Source: Cyanophora paradoxa CCMP329 (Eukaryota > Plantae > Glaucophyta). Taken from it: a stretch of 64,000 nucleotides of DNA. Numbering within the stretch: the first letter of the stretch is position 1; every line of letters begins with the position of its first letter. Shown one piece after another: positions 11,890-24,486 of this stretch. The translations under genes were made by a program, and so were the position numbers. The stretch lies in the NCBI GenBank assembly GCA_004431415.1, contig QPMI01000101.1, positions 186,001 to 250,000 on the forward strand, written 5' to 3'. The notes beneath the pieces are model-generated. The model was not told the DNA's origin, did no database searches, and worked only from the letters and a program-made list of their open reading frames with translations.

Positions 11890-13256
11890 TCAGGGGAGGA
11901 CGAGGGAGGCGAGGGAGGCGACGCCGCCCGGGGGTGGAGGCGAGGGGCACCCCCGCCCCGCCAGCTCGAGGGCGGGGAGCGTGTGCGCCATCCCCCGCGC
12001 CCGCCGCCCCTCCCCGCCGCCCCGGAGCTCCCCCGAGGTCACCGGCGGCGTCGGCGGGTCGAGGTCGGCGGGGCGGATGACCGTCTCGGGCGTCCCGGCG
12101 CGCTCGAGCTCGCGGGGGGCGGCGGGGGGCGAGGGGGAGGCCCGGGCGAGCTCCTCGGCGTCCGTGTTCGACGCGGAGGAGTGCGTGCGCGTGCGCAGCG
12201 CCGCCGGCACCGGCACCCGCCCCGGCGGCCGCCCCGCGCTGTAGCCCGAGGCGCTCCCTCCCTCGGCGTCGGAGGGCGGTCCGTGCCCGTCGGGGGGCCC
12301 GTGCACGGCCTCGGTGAGGAGGTCGAGCTGCACGGCGCGTATCCGGAGCGAGGCCGAGGGGCCGGCCAGCTCCCCCGCAGCGGCCGGGAGGAGGGCGGGG
12401 ATGGAGGCCGCCGACGAGGGCCCCGAGCGGGCGGCCGAGCGGAGGGAGCGCACGTTCGAGAGGCCCGAGGCCGCCGAGGCGGGGGCGGAGCGCGGGGCCG
12501 GCAGCGAGGCGGGCGAGGGCGGGCCGGGGGGAGCGGGGGCGAGGGAGGGGGACCAGAGGGGGGGCCAGCTGCGGCGCGGCAGCAGGGACCAGACGGCGAG
12601 CTCGCCCTTGCCCTTGACGGGCTGCCGCCCGAGGGCGTGGAGGGGGTAGGCGTCGGCGGCGCCCTCGGCGGCGAGCTGCGCGACGGTCGCCTCGGGCATG
12701 GCCACCGAGTCCCGCGCCGCGAGCTGCTCCAGCCGGCTCGCCATGTTCACCGTGTCCCCCCTGCGCCCGCGTGCGAGGCGCTCGAGGGGGGGCGGGAAGA
12801 GGCGGGGGGGCGGGGGCGGACCAGAGGTCGAAGGTGAGCTTGCTCTTGCCGACGACGCCGGCGACCAGGGGGCCCGAGCAGAGGCCCACGCGCAGCTGCA
12901 CGCGCAGGCCCGCCGCCGCGTTGATCTGCGCCCGCATCCGCCTCAGGCTCGCGCGAGGCGGGAGAGGGGCGGGGCGCGGGGCGGGGTGCGGCTCGCCCGC
13001 TCGATGGTGTCGAGGAAGTCGAGGGCGAGCTCGACGGCGAGGCGCGCGTGGCCCTCCGCCCCCCCCTTCCCACCGCACGCACGCACGCCGGGCGCCCTTC
13101 AGCGGGGGACGGAGGAGCGAGGGGGGAGAGGGGCGGCGCACCTGGGCGAGGCCCGTGACGCACATGACGGCGTCGCCGATGGTCTTGATCTTCTCGGCCC
13201 CGCGCCCCGCGATGCAGTCGTCCAGGCGCGAGAAGATGAGGTCCAGCATCTGCGCG

Positions 13257-13291
<35 letters not shown>

Positions 13292-15957
13292 TCAGAGGCC
13301 TCTCCTCGCCCTGGGAGGGGCGGGGCGGGGCGGGAGGGGCGGACGGAGACGAGGGCGAAGGGCTCCATCTCGGAGGCCATCGCCGTGAACCCGCAGATGT
13401 CCGCCTGGCCCCCGCCCGCCCCGGGGCCCCGGCCCCCGTCAGCTCAGCCAGCCATCGGGGCCGCGCGGGCGCACGAAGAGGACGGTGGCGCCGGGGACGC
13501 CATCCGCGATGCCCTTCTCCCCCGCCTTCAGCCGCTCCGCGATCGGCTCCGGGATCGCGTTGTACAGCAGCCGCTCCGACGCCGCCTTCTGCTCGAGGAG
13601 CCAGCGGAGCATGCGGTTGATGGAGGAGGAGAGGTACTTGAACTCGAGGGAGGGCCCCACCGGCTCCACCGACCCCCGCCGCCCCCGCCCCGCCTCCTGC
13701 CCCTGCCCCTGCCCCTGCCCCTGCCCCTGCCCCGCCAGCGAGCCGTGCCGGCTGGGCGCCGCCGGCGCGTACGCTGCCCCCTCCGCGAAGCCCGGGCCGG
13801 TGAGGCGCCGCGTGAGGGCGCGCGCCCACGCCGGCGCCCGCGACGGGGCGCGCGCGAGGGCGAGCCCGGGGGCTGCCGAGGCCGGGGCGGCGCGCGAGGC
13901 GATCGAGTCGCCGTCGGCGGCGGCGGCGGAGGAGGCGGAGCCGCGGCGGCTGTCCGGGTGGGCCCCGGGGTCGCCCCGCTCGCCGTCCCCCGTCACGGAC
14001 CGAACGTTCGCCGTGAGCCTCGAGACCGGCCTCGTCACCACCGCCTCGATCTGGGCGGCGGCAAGTCAAGGCGGGGGAGCTGAGCCAAGTGGGGTTGGCG
14101 TTGAAGCACGTAGATGATGGTGACGACGGCCATGCAGGCGCAGGCGGCGAAGAAGGACCAGAAGAGGCTCTGGAGCATGGCGAAGCCCTTGGAGACGATG
14201 TCGCGGGGCCCGTCCACCCGCACGATCACCGCCGGCGCCCCCGTCGGGTCCGCGTAGACCGCGTACGACGCCGAGCGCGCCTCCCCGACCGGCAGCGGCT
14301 TCGGCGTCGTCCTGCGCCCCCGCCGCTCTAGGCGGTAACGGGGTGCGAGGCGGGGCGGAGGGGACGAGGCGCACGAGGGGTGGCCCCCGGCGAAGTTCCC
14401 CTCGAGATCCTCGTCCTGCAGCCGGCCGCTGTCCCGGCCCTGGCGACCCCGACCGGCCATTGAGCGAGAGAGGCCGTCCACCCGGGGCCCGCGCCGGCCG
14501 GCGTACCCCCCAGCAGAAGCGCTTCGACGCGGCGTGCGTGGAGGAGGCGGTGAGGACCTGCGGGGGCAATGGTTGGATTGGGGGCGGGATGGAAGGGGCG
14601 AGGGGCCCACCGAGGTCCTGAAGGACGAGACGAGGTGCTTGTGGCCCGGGAAGCCCAGGCTGCGCGGCCCGGCCGGCCTTCAGGGCCGCAGGAGCGGCGG
14701 CGGGCGGGGGCGGGGCGGACCCGATGGACTCGGCGGCCCTGGCGGCCTTGTTGAAGTCCCGCCGCACCTCCTCGAAGTCCGGCTCCCCTGCTCGGGAGTC
14801 GGGCCCGGCGCCAGAGGGCGCGGGGCGGCGGGGGCGGGCGGGGGGACCGTGGAAGTGGGAGGGCGGGGCGAAGGGCTCGAAGGTGAGGCAGGTCTGGGAC
14901 TGGGCGGCGGCGCGGGCGAGCCAGGCGTCCGTGACGCGGCGCCCGAAGGCGACCAGGCCGACGACGGGCCCCGAGAAGTTGGAGAACTCGAGCGGCGCCG
15001 TCGCCACGACCACCGTCTCGTGCACGGGCTCCATCTCGCAGAAGAGGCCCCCGCTCTTGTGGTTCGCCCGCCCCGCCCCCGCCGCCAGCGGGTGCGTCCC
15101 GTTGAACTCGCGGAAGAGCGGGGGGATCTCGGCGCCGCCCCGGGCGCGCCCGAAGGCGAGGCGGCCGCCGGCGTCGTAGAAGCCGGCGAAGAAGATGTCT
15201 GTGGCGAGGAGGCGTCAGCGGGGCGGGGAGGGGGGGAGGTGCCGGCGGCGGGCCGATGGTGGCGAGGGCGTCGTCGTTGAGGTACTCGTCCATGAAGGCC
15301 CGGATGCCCGCCTCGTCCCGCGAGAGCATCAGGAAGCTCGGGTCGTCCCACCCCCCTGCCCCCGCCCCGTCGCCAGGGCGTCGCGCGGCTCCCTCGCGAG
15401 GGCCGGGCGGCCCGCACCGTAGTTCAGCGCGAGGACGGAGAGCGAGTAGAGGTCGTCGCTCACGGCGCCCGAGACGCGGTCCAGCTGGTGCCCCGCCTCG
15501 TCCTGCGGCGCCCGCCCCGGCGGCTCGGCGGCCCGGCGGCGCGGATGCGGCGCGGGGGGCGGGGGGGCGCGCCGTCTCGAGGCCGGCGAAGCTCTCCGGG
15601 ACGCGCAGGAAGACGACGGTGCCGATCACCACGTAGAGGATGATGAGGAAGAGGAGCAGGCCGAGGAGGATCTGGGTCCGCAGCGAGCCCAGCACCCGCT
15701 TCCACAGGCTCAGCTTGTGCAGAGCCGGCACCTGCGTCCACTCCCACCCGACCCCGAAGCTTCCGCCACTGGGACCATCGGCCTCGGGGCGCTTTCCCGG
15801 GCGAGTCCATGAAAGCAGGCCCTTCGGCGCCACCTCCGACTGTGCCGCCCGAGAGGCGCGGAGGCCTGCCGGGGAAAGCAGCTTAGCTGCGCATCCTCTG
15901 GTGGCGGGAAACGAGAGTAATTGAGGGTCCGCGCGCACGGTCGGCGCCTCCGTTCAT
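11890..15957 (-). CDS. receptor-type class III adenylate cyclase (TM-CHASE4-TM-HAMP-cyclase)
   Basis: Catalytic motifs VLF|ADICGFT, EKIKTIGDAVM, LRVGLCSGPLVAGVVG, TFDLW|GDTVNMASRLE (Lys/Asp pair for ATP specificity). CHASE4-like GWDD and APLEFSNFSGPVVGLVAFGR, HAMP helices TRPVSRL and EFKYLSSSINRM. Confidence 0.92.
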
Positions 15958-16649
15958 CGGTTCAGCTCAATCGATATCCTCCATGAGCTTTGATTTCCAG
16001 GAGACACCGCTCCAGGCTGGAAGATCTCGTCTACAGCGACACAGCTCACAACTGGATAGCGAGCCGGCCTTCCCGGTGACACAGTAGATAAGGCTCCGAC
16101 AAGCCGCGTTGGGGCGGTCGAGCTGTCCTCGCGTACGGGAAGCTCTTGGCACTCCGAGCTTCGCCACCCGCGCGCGCCAGTTAACGTTCGAGTGCGCGTC
16201 AGAAGTGCGAAGCGTGACCCCGGGGGGGTACCACAGCGGGCCTCACTGCTGCACTGTGCGTGCCGGCCGTTATGGCAGGCATTGGCAGCGTCGACGTCAC
16301 TACTACGTATACTATATATATTAGCTAGTACTGGCGTATACCGGTATACGTACCGCAGCGAGCCTCGGATCGAGCGCCGCGAGCGTTGCGATGCATACTA
16401 TGCATGCGCACACGCCGTACGTGTACGTCGTGCTAGCTATATAGATCGCGGCTCATGCAGCGATCAGAACATACTGCTGCAACAGCCCGATTGCGAGCCC
16501 CTGAAAAAAATGCGTGTGCACTGCTTAAAACAGCTCGAAAAGGTCTAGATACAGGGTATACGTAACGTGCAACTGGTGCCTTCAGCTAGTCGGCAGCCAA
16601 CGTCGGAATACTAGTGGCCGCGCACTGGCTACCCTGCTGCGCGCTCCCC

Positions 16650-17914
16650 TCAGGGCATGTCGATGTACACCCGCAGCTCTGGAGTGGCCGGGCGGGGCGG
16701 CGGTTACGCTGGCTCGAGGGGGCGCGGGATCGGCGGGGCCGGGGCGGGGGGCGGGCGCACGGCTCATCTGGGAGCCCTCCCAGACGATGCTCTCCATGCC
16801 CTTCAGGACGGTACCCCCGACGGTGAGCTCGAACTCCCTGCGCGCGCGCGCGGAGTCAGGGCCCAGACTTTGAGAGGCGCGCCGGCAGGGGGGGCGAGGG
16901 GTGCGAAGAGGGAGGAACGGGGCGCGCACAGGATGCTGACTGCGTCCGACGGGCTGCGCGCGGCTCCCGTCAGCGAGTCCCCGGGTGGACGGGGGAAGGG
17001 GGGGAAGGGGGCTCGCGCACTCGACGTGGATGTTGGTGACGCGCAGCACGATGTTCTGGTTCTGGTCGAACATCGCCTTCAGCGCGCCCAGCGCCTGGTC
17101 CCGCCCTGCGCGCCGCGACCGCGTCAGCTCAGCCCCCGGAACTCATTGGGCGCGCTCGCTCGCCTTCCCGCTTCTGCGGGGGGCGTGCGGTTCAGACAGT
17201 GCGCGCGAGGCGGCGCCGCGGACGGGGGAGCGCGAGGGCTGAGCGCGCACCGGCGTGACTCCGTGGTAGTATTCCGTTACTGCCAGCGTGTGCTTAGTGA
17301 GTGCAAATGGAAGGGCGGCGCATCGGCCCGCACCGGTGTAGTCCTCCGCCATGAGCGCCTCAAGGGCGGCCACGTCCCGCTTGTTGAACGCGCGCACGTA
17401 GTTCTCCTGCGCGGGCGCCGCTTCTCAGAGCAAGCGATGAGTCTAGGGATCCGGGACGGCAGGGGGGGGGGGGGGTCGGCTCTGCTCGGGCGGCACGGCG
17501 TAGCTAGCAGAATGTGAGGTGCCGAGAGGCGCGCACCGTGTTTGCGCGAAGGTTGCTGAGATTCCTGTTCAGACTCGAAGCGCTGGCAGCGCGATACAGA
17601 CTCCATAGAAAGATTGTCCCGAGCACCACGCCGGCGATGTAGGCATGCTTCTTGGCCACGCGGAAGCTGCGCAGGGACAGAGGGCGAAATCAGATGCAAG
17701 GCTGAGAAGCAAATGGGCGCGCGAGCGTCTAGAGTGCTGGCCGTTGTGCGGCGTGCGCCATCTCGCGAATGGGGCGCGAGCCGTTGGTATGATATCACAA
17801 TGCCGATGCACGATCGCCGGCAGCCGTAGCTGGCGATGCGAAGCTAGCCGCCAGACTTCGTCGGCGACTCCACGCCCGACCAAGAAGTTGCGAAAAGCGC
17901 GCACTTGAAAACAT
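16650..17914 (-). CDS. SnoaL-like/NTF2-fold protein with possible organellar leader and TM helix (5' end uncertain)
   Basis: ENYVRAFNKRDVAALEALMAEDYT, GRDQALGALKAMF, EFELTVGGTVLKGMESIVWEG, ELRVYIDMP* fit SnoaL_2. Upstream AYIAGVVLGTIFLWSLY. Confidence 0.6.
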
Positions 17915-18573
17915 CTCCCCCTGCGTTGATCAAGCCGCGCGGAGATGCCGCCATTACTACTTTGAAGCTAGAAGCTGTACCCCCCAAACTCCTCGACTTC
18001 GCAACGTTAACATGCGCATGCGCGCGCGCAAGCAACCTGGCAAGCTCGATATCTTATTAGCGCTAGTGCTAGCCTAAGCACTGCGGCAGGGCCGGGCCGC
18101 GCTCAGGAGCGCTTCCGAAGTTCGACTCTCGGCGCCGGCCGCCGGGCGAATTCAGCGCGCCGCGGCGCCACGTGCACCTTCTGTGGCGCAGGTACCGGTG
18201 CACTGCAGCTGCATATAGATGCATCGATATCGTTATCTAGGTGCCGGCCGCGGGGAAGCTTAGGGCGCACTCTCTCCATCCGAGGCTCAAGCTATATAGC
18301 TAGCGCTTAAGCTTAAGGGGGCCTTAGCTTGCAATTGGGCCCGGCCGACCGAATTCGAAGCCGCTCCGGCGGTGGATGGCGGGCTGGACGCTCGACGTCG
18401 ACGTGGTTGCATCCCACCCATGCATATGAAATCCGCGGCCGTCTAGCTGTGGGCGTTCTGTCTGCAGCCTGTATGTTTCTCGAAGGATCCGGATTACGCA
18501 TACACAGGAAGAATTCATATCCCACTGGGCCAGGCAAGGGACAGCTACTACGTATACACAGCAGCAGCACAAA

Positions 18574-19945
18574 TCAGGGGGCCGAGGGGCTCTCTCTGGG
18601 TTCCTGCCCCGGGCGCGGGGGTTGCGCGTGCGCGTGCGCGTGCACGTGGTCGTGGGGGGCGGCGCCGGCGGCGTTGACGGGGGAGGGGAAGATGGTAGGG
18701 GGCGGAGGCAGGAGGCGGAGGCGGGCGCGGAGCTCCCCGATGGGCTCCTCGAGGTGCCGCTCGTAGTAGACGTTCATGAGGAACGGGGCGCTCCGCGCGC
18801 ACCGCACCGCCCACGGCACCAGCCTGCCCAGCAGCTGCTCCCGCTCCCCCCGTGTCAGGCGCGCCGGGCCCACGAGCCCCGCGAGGGCCGTCATCGGGAG
18901 CCCCGTCTGCACGGCCTCGACCCACTTGACGGCGAGCTCGCCGAGGACCGAGGGCGGCACGCCCAGCAGCACGTGCCAGAAGTCGTGCGCCTCCCGGTAC
19001 CTCTGCGGGGGGCTAGGTGAAAGAGCAAAGGGGACGGGTACGAGGATTCCGGCACCTGCATGACGTAGGCGAGCTCGGCGTCGTCGACGAAGCGGACGCG
19101 CGCGCGCTCGTCGGGCGTGTAGACGTGCGCGCCCATCCAATTCGCGTACTCCCGCCCGAAGGAGCCCTCCGGCAGCGTCCGCAGACGCTTCATATTAACC
19201 TGCGGGAATTTGCGCTCGACGGGAGCGGGGCGACGAAGGGCGGGGGAGGGGTGGCTAGGGCTGACCGTCTCCTCCGTCACAAGAGGCCGCTCCGCAAGGA
19301 TGATGCGCCCCGTCGGGTCCCTGTCGCGTGATGCAGCTCAGACGGGGGCGGGGGGGCGGGAGCCGATCGCGGGCGGCCGCACTTCTGCATGGTGTCGCGC
19401 ATGCGGGCGAGGGCGGTGAGGCCCGTCGTCTCACCCAGCACCGCCACCATGTCGCCGCGCTCGGGGTTCGCCAGCGCCACGAACGCCGAGCCCACAGCCA
19501 GCAGCGCCCGCTGCGCCGCCTCAGCAGCAGCCAGGCGGCACCCGAGGCGCGGCCAGGCGGCACCCGAGGCGCGGCCAGGCGGGCGCCGCACCTGGAACGG
19601 CGTCACGGGTCGGTGGCCTGGGTAGAGCGGCGTGCCCCACTCCGTACGCTCCGCGTTCGGCAGAGCCTGCGGCCGCGCGGAGCTCGCGGGCCCAGGAGCG
19701 CCGCTCGGGCCTGGCATTGACGCTGAAGATGACGCAGCCCCATCCGCCGCCAGACCCTACAGGCGTCGCTGAGCGCTTTGCACGAGCATGGTCGCGCTGG
19801 CGAGGCACGGCGCGGAGGGCCGGCGGCGCACCGCTCCGGTTGGCCTAACTGGACCGCACGGTGACGCGTGCACGAATCCGGCCGCTCTAGCGGCCCTCGA
19901 GGCTGCCGCTTGCGACGCCGGAGCCCTGAGCATGTGCATTCGCAT
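18574..19945 (-). CDS. COQ4: ubiquinone biosynthesis protein COQ4, mitochondrial
   Basis: LYPGHRP, NPERGDMVAVLGETTG, LPEGSFGREY, RYREAHDFWHVLLG (HDxxH), GELAVKWVEAVQTGLPM. Arg/Ala-rich presequence. Confidence 0.95.
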
Positions 19946-20004
19946 ATGGACTTCGTTCCCAGTTGGTTGGTGCGATACCCCGGCGAGAACTTTGCAGGCT
20001 CGGC
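19946..20004. promoter_or_regulatory. inferred bidirectional promoter COQ4/RPC19
   Basis: Only 59-71 bp between the divergent start codons, depending on which COQ4 ATG is used. Confidence 0.55.
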
Positions 20005-20592
20005 ATGGCGCCGAACGAGAAGCTGGATGACGACGATAAGGTGGAAGTGGAGCAGGCGGCGAAGGTCGAGGTGGTGCGGAAGCGCCGATCGCGAATGCGG
20101 TTCGGCGCAGCCCGCCTCACACAAGTCGGCGCGCAGGCGGCGGGCAGCGATGAAACTTGCGCTACGTTCGCCTTCACAGATGAGGATCATACCATGGGAA
20201 ATGCGGTCCGCTACATGCTCATGAAGAAGTGCGCTCGCGCCTTCGCTCCAGCTTAGCTATCGCCGCCTGATCGCCACAAGCAGCCCCGACGTGGAGTTTG
20301 CTGGATACAGCGTACCGCATCCTAACGAGAACAAGATGAACGTCCGCGTGCAGACCACGGGTCCGTCGATCGGAGCCGCAGCCTCCTCCTTTCTGACTTA
20401 CGCCCCGCGGCAGGCGCCCCGGCCACGGAGGCGCTCACCAAAGCGCTTCGCGACACGCAGGTTCGCACAGCGCCCGCTTCTCCTGGCGGGGAACTGAGCG
20501 CGTCGCAGGACCTCTGCAAGTGCCTGCTTTCGGCTTTCGGCGACGCGATGAAGGCGTACGCAGCTACGCACGACATAAAGCTCGACAGCTGA
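20005..20592 (+). CDS. RPC19: RNA polymerase I/III shared subunit AC19 (RPAC2/POLR1D)
   Basis: CATFAFTDEDHTMGNAVRYMLMK and PDVEFAGYSVPHPNENKMNVRVQT. Confidence 0.93.
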
Positions 20593-20928
20593 TCTGGGCG
20601 CTCTAGTGTCGACCTCGGCCTTCGAGCTCCCCGCGGGAGGCGCCGCCCCCGGGCCCTCGGGTCGATCATCCATCAAAGACCTCAGTGACGTCGACAGATC
20701 CCCAGTCACACGGGCCCATGGCAGTGATCCCCCAACATCGAGCGATCCAACGCAGCGCCAATCGCCGCTTCCCATCGCATCATTTGCTTCACACTCCATT
20801 CTAGTGAGCGAGCTCTAGCGCGGCAGGTTTCAGGCAGTCGTAGCAGTCAAGTGCATCTAGAAAGGTTCAGCGTACGTGTATACGTATCTCTTAAGGACTA
20901 GTACGCTTTGAGGAGATTCTCTATGCTT

Positions 20929-22298
20929 CTATGTGTTCTCCTGCGCGCCTCCGCCGCCCGGGGGATCGCCGTCCGGATCCGGATCCACTTCGCCGCCGGC
21001 GCCGCCGGACCCTTCCAGGGAGAGCAGGAATGCGCGCACGGGCTCGGGGATGGGCTCCCGCCCCTCGTACGTCCACACCTGCCAGCGAAGAGGGGTCAGG
21101 CCGAGAACTGAAGCGACTGGATGCGGATCGACGGGCTCGACCTGCGCGGCGACGGCTGCGAGGCGGGCCGCGAGGGGCGGCAGCCGCAGGGGCCCCTCGG
21201 GGGCGTCGCCGTGCCCCCAGAGCGGGCCCCCCGTGCGCACGAACGGGTCCTCGAAGCTCGGGTCCGAGAGGGCGAACGAGAGGCTCACCCGCGGGTGCGC
21301 CGCCTGCGCGCAGTCCGGTCACAAAAGGCAAAGAGGGGTTTAAGGGGGGGGCAAGGGGGGTATGGGCGTGGGCGCGCCTTGGAGCCGGCCCGCCCCCCGA
21401 AGTGCAGGAGGCGGCCCGACCAGACCAGGACCTCCCCGACCCGCGCCTGGGGGCACACGAAGCTCGGAAGAGGAGGGGGAGAAGGTGGCGGGGGTACGGC
21501 GAATCCTCGGGGCGGGCGGGGGGCACCGGGAGGGCGCGGAGATCCTGCAGGTCGAAGTCGGCGTCGGCGCGGCCGGCCTCGCGGTACCGGGCGTCGAATT
21601 CCGCGGGCACGACTGCACGATCCCGAAGTCAGATCGGATTCCGTTTTACTGATCGTGAGCTGCGCACCGTAGATGCAGCCGTTCTCTGGCGTGGCCTCCG
21701 TCAGCGGCACCCAGGCCTGGCCCGGGCGGATCAGCTGCAGATGGCGCGCAAGGGCCGGGCTGCTTGGGGGTCTGACGGTGACGTAGAGGGGGGAGGCGTC
21801 GGGGGCGAAGGGCATGGTGTCGCGGTCCCTGTGGAGGCCCCAGCCGCGCTGGCGGGCGGCCGGGGCGAGGTGCCAGGCCATGAAGTCGGCGTTGAAGCGG
21901 AGCGCGGGGCCCACGAGGCGGGCGCGCAGGAGCCGCTCCAGAAGCAGCGCGAGCGCCCAGGCCTCGTCGGCGAGGCAGGCCCAGACGGGGGCGAGGCCGC
22001 CCGCCACGACTGCCTCCACGGCGCGCAGCTGCGCCGCGAGCAGTGCCGGCACATCCAGCCCGCTCTCGCGCCGCGCCCGCTTCGAACTCGCATGCAGCGA
22101 CTGCTCCGACGCGTCGGGCACCTCCTGCTCCAGCGCCGCCGCCGCCTCCTCCTCCCGCGCCGCGCCGCTCGGACCGGCGGCCGCGGCGCTCGCGCCGGCT
22201 TCGAGCCCAACGAGTCGGCAGTAGCCGTCATCGAACAGAGACGTTCGGGCAGCGGCGACGTCGTTCATCCGGGCGATGTTCTCTGCAGCCCGCTCCAC
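20929..22298 (-). CDS. phytanoyl-CoA dioxygenase (PhyH) family Fe(II)/2OG dioxygenase (start uncertain)
   Basis: GWGLHRD (HxD), AWVPLTEATPENGCIY|VVP, GEVLVWSGRLLHFG, HPRVSLSF. Confidence 0.82.
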
Positions 22299-22858
22299 GT
22301 CCGCGACGTCGAAGCGAAGCTCTTCAACGCGTAGCCCTAGGCCCCGCCAGAACGCCAGCTCGGCGCCCCGGTGCGCGATCTCCTCGCATCCACGGCCGCT
22401 GTCCAGTTTGCAGGTGTGCTCACGAGGACCGCGTGGCAGCTTCGACGAGTTCTTGCGCGGAGAAGCGCAAATCCCCTAGGAGGAAGCGCCCTGCGCGGGG
22501 CCGAATTTTCCGGAGTCAGGGCGCGCGAGAATCATATGCATGATATCATGCACGTGCGCGAGCACGTGCGCGGGGCGGCGCGCGCGGGCGAAGCGAACCA
22601 GAACACGCCGCGCCCGGCCGCGCGGAGGCGGCCGTCGCAGCTTTGCTGTGTTGACCTGCGAGGACAGACGGACTACCGCTTAGATCTAGATCCCAGCTTC
22701 GGCGCGGGGGTGGGAAGTTAAAGCAAAGATCACCTTTCTCGCGATGGGCGAATTAAGAATGCGGCCAGGCGAGGCAGCTCGGCCTTTTTAGGGAGGGGGT
22801 CAGTTTGCAACAGGGGAGGGGGGGTGAACGAGCTCGTGCACGACCCGTCCGCGCTCCC

Positions 22859-24486
22859 ATGACGCCCAACGTGAACGCGAGCGAGAGCTCACCGCTCATA
22901 CACAAAGACCACTGCGCGATTCGGATCGCGGGGTCACCGCCGCCAGCGGATGGCCGGGGGACGCCGAGATTCCATCCTCGTCCCCGCTGCCTGTCGCCTT
23001 CCATGAAGCCGGTGTACACCGAGCATGCCGGTGCGCTTTCTCCCACAGCTCCCTTCCCGGCTCCGTCCGCGCGCGTACGCGGAGCCGATCCGCTCACGAT
23101 CTCGCTCGTTTGCAACTGGCAGGGCCAGGACGCGTGCGCCTCCCGCTAGAAGCGCACGCGCGTCACGCTAATCGCGAGTGACGTTTTCTCCTGCAGGCGT
23201 ACATCCGCGACATGATCCTGGTGCTGCCAGACCCGCGCTCGGTTTGGACTTTCCGCGCTCCAGCTGACGGAGCGAGGCGTACGCGCAGGGCGTCAACGAC
23301 GGGCTCGTGAGCACGTTCCTCCTGGTGCTGGGCGTTGCGGGCGGCGGGCTATCAAACTCCCAGATCCTCCTGATCGGCCTCACGAACGGCACGTGCCCGA
23401 TCCCCCGCCCGCGGCGCCCGCGCGCTCAGTGATCGCGCCTGCAGCCTTCGCGGGCGCAATCAGCATGGGCCTGGGCGAGTTTCTTGCGACCCGCAGCCAG
23501 AACCAGTGCGCACTGGCCCTGCCCTCGCCCCTGCCCCAGCCGAGAAACAAACCGACGCCGGCGGCGCCGCGCAGGATGATCGCGGGCGAGATCAAGCTTG
23601 AGAAAGAGCACCTGAAGTACCACAGGTGCCCCCGCCCTCGCGCACTCGCCGGCGCCGCCCCCGCCTCTGCGCCTGCGAGCGCCGCGGGGGCGAAGGGAGA
23701 AGGAGATCGCCGAGGTGCGGGAGGTGCTGCGCGGCTTCAAGCTCACGGGTCGCGTCCTCGAGGAGGCCACTCAGCTCATCGGCAGCGACGACGAGGTACC
23801 CCCGGCCTCGCCCCGCCCGAGCCCGCGGCCCCCGCGCCCTCGGCGGTCCCGCAGCTGACGCCCGCCCGCCCGCCCCTCCGGATCCGATCCAGGCGCTTCT
23901 CAACTTCATGATGTGCACAGAGGTGTGCAGAGCCCCGCCCCGGCCCGCTCTCGCCTCCTCCGCCCAACACCGTCGTCCCACTCGCCCCGCCCCCAGTTCG
24001 GTCAGTCCGAGTTGGACCAGAGGTGACCGGATCGCGCCCCCCCCCCCCCCCCCCCCCCCTGCCCCCTCCAACCCGGCGCCCTGGCGCAGGCTCCCGCTGC
24101 GGGCGATGGCGACGGCCGGGGTGCTCTTCTTCGTCGGGAGCCTCCCCGCCTGGTTCCCCCCGCCACCCCATGGCTCGCTCCGGCGCCGTACCCCCCGCTC
24201 AAGGGGCGGCAGGGTGCCGGCGGCCTTCGTTCGCACGGGGGAGGAGCTGGCGGTGGCGGCCTCCGTCCTCGCCCTCCTCTTCCTCCTCGCCATCGGCGCC
24301 GTCAAGGGCCGCGTCACCCGCACCAGGCCCGCCCCCGGGCCCCCACCGCCTCGTCCCGCCCCCGCGCCTTGAGGCTGACGCCCGCGCTGGCGCAGCTGCC
24401 TCCTCTCGGGCCTGGAGAACGCGGGGATCGGCGCCGCGGGGGCCGCCGTCTGCTACGCCCTCGGCCGCCTCTACTCCGGCCAGTGA
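22859..24486 (+). CDS. VIT1: VIT1/CCC1-family vacuolar Fe/Mn transporter
   Basis: YIRDMILGVNDGLVSTF, AFAGAISMGLGEFL, EKEIAEVREVL, FFVGSLP, LLAIGAVKG. Confidence 0.9.

Noticed and set aside
19530-19582. 22-bp tandem duplication in COQ4
   Set aside because: Lies wholly inside an intron and looks like ordinary slippage.
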